From: Podarcis vaucheri
Lineage: Eukaryota
DNA length: 64,000 nucleotides
Assembly: GCA_965113315.1 (NCBI GenBank)
Contig: OZ220372.1
Direction: 5' to 3' (one strand)
How positions within the stretch are numbered: the stretch's first letter is position 1; each line of letters begins with the position of its first letter. The position numbers were made by a program, and so were the translations under genes. This document shows positions 63,588-64,000 of this stretch, one piece after another. The notes beneath the pieces are model-generated. The model was given only the letters and a program-made list of their open reading frames with translations, searched no databases and had not been told where the DNA came from.

Positions 63588-64000
63588 GTATGTCCTAAGG
63601 ATTTTTTTTTTGGGGGGGGACTTTTGTAATCACTTTCTGATTCAAATCTCCTACTTGTCCTTTTTATTAAAGTTATTTTATGTATCTTTAGTATATTTAA
63701 ATAAACAGATTTCAAAACTGGATTAATTCTAAAGGCTGAACTCCCAAATGACAATTTCTTTGTATGTTTTGTGACTTCTTACTCTTATAAGTTCATATAT
63801 CTCTTCCCATTTCTTATTTTCCCTTTATCCTGATTCCTCCCCCAGCAAATTGTGAACCTTGATTCTTTACCCTGCCCCACACACATTTCATATAGCAAGA
63901 AATGCTTTACATGTGTGTAAGCTCAGTTCTGCAAGAGCTGAGCACCCACAATTCCTGCTCAAAATGTTGGGGAGTTGATATTGCTCAGTGTCTCTGAGCC

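Overview
Vertebrate genomic DNA. The SINE content points to a squamate, most likely a lacertid lizard (inference). The whole window lies inside one + strand gene, PLEKHA5 (WW/PH-domain adaptor, PEPP2). I resolve 19 coding exons with canonical AG/GT ends and consistent phases, running from the end of WW2 through the PH domain into the coiled-coil region; start and stop codons are outside the window. Three exons (51648-56090) match the cassette block of the long isoform as I recall it. Introns contain Sauria/Squam-type and tRNA-CR1 SINEs, CR1/L2/RTE-like LINE fragments, TA- and 8-bp-TSD non-autonomous DNA transposons, microsatellites and a 200-N gap. I see no prokaryote-type system and no second gene; most short ORFs in the track are noise or repeat-derived. 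Best leads: a strong alternative acceptor in the PH domain that is frame-preserving only if the preceding exon is skipped; a possibly decayed microexon; inverted repeat pairs around three exons (circRNA candidate); CTCF-like motifs bracketing the cassette block; transposons carrying tandem or palindromic arrays; and two nested insertions. Protein and repeat-family identifications come from recall, not database searches.
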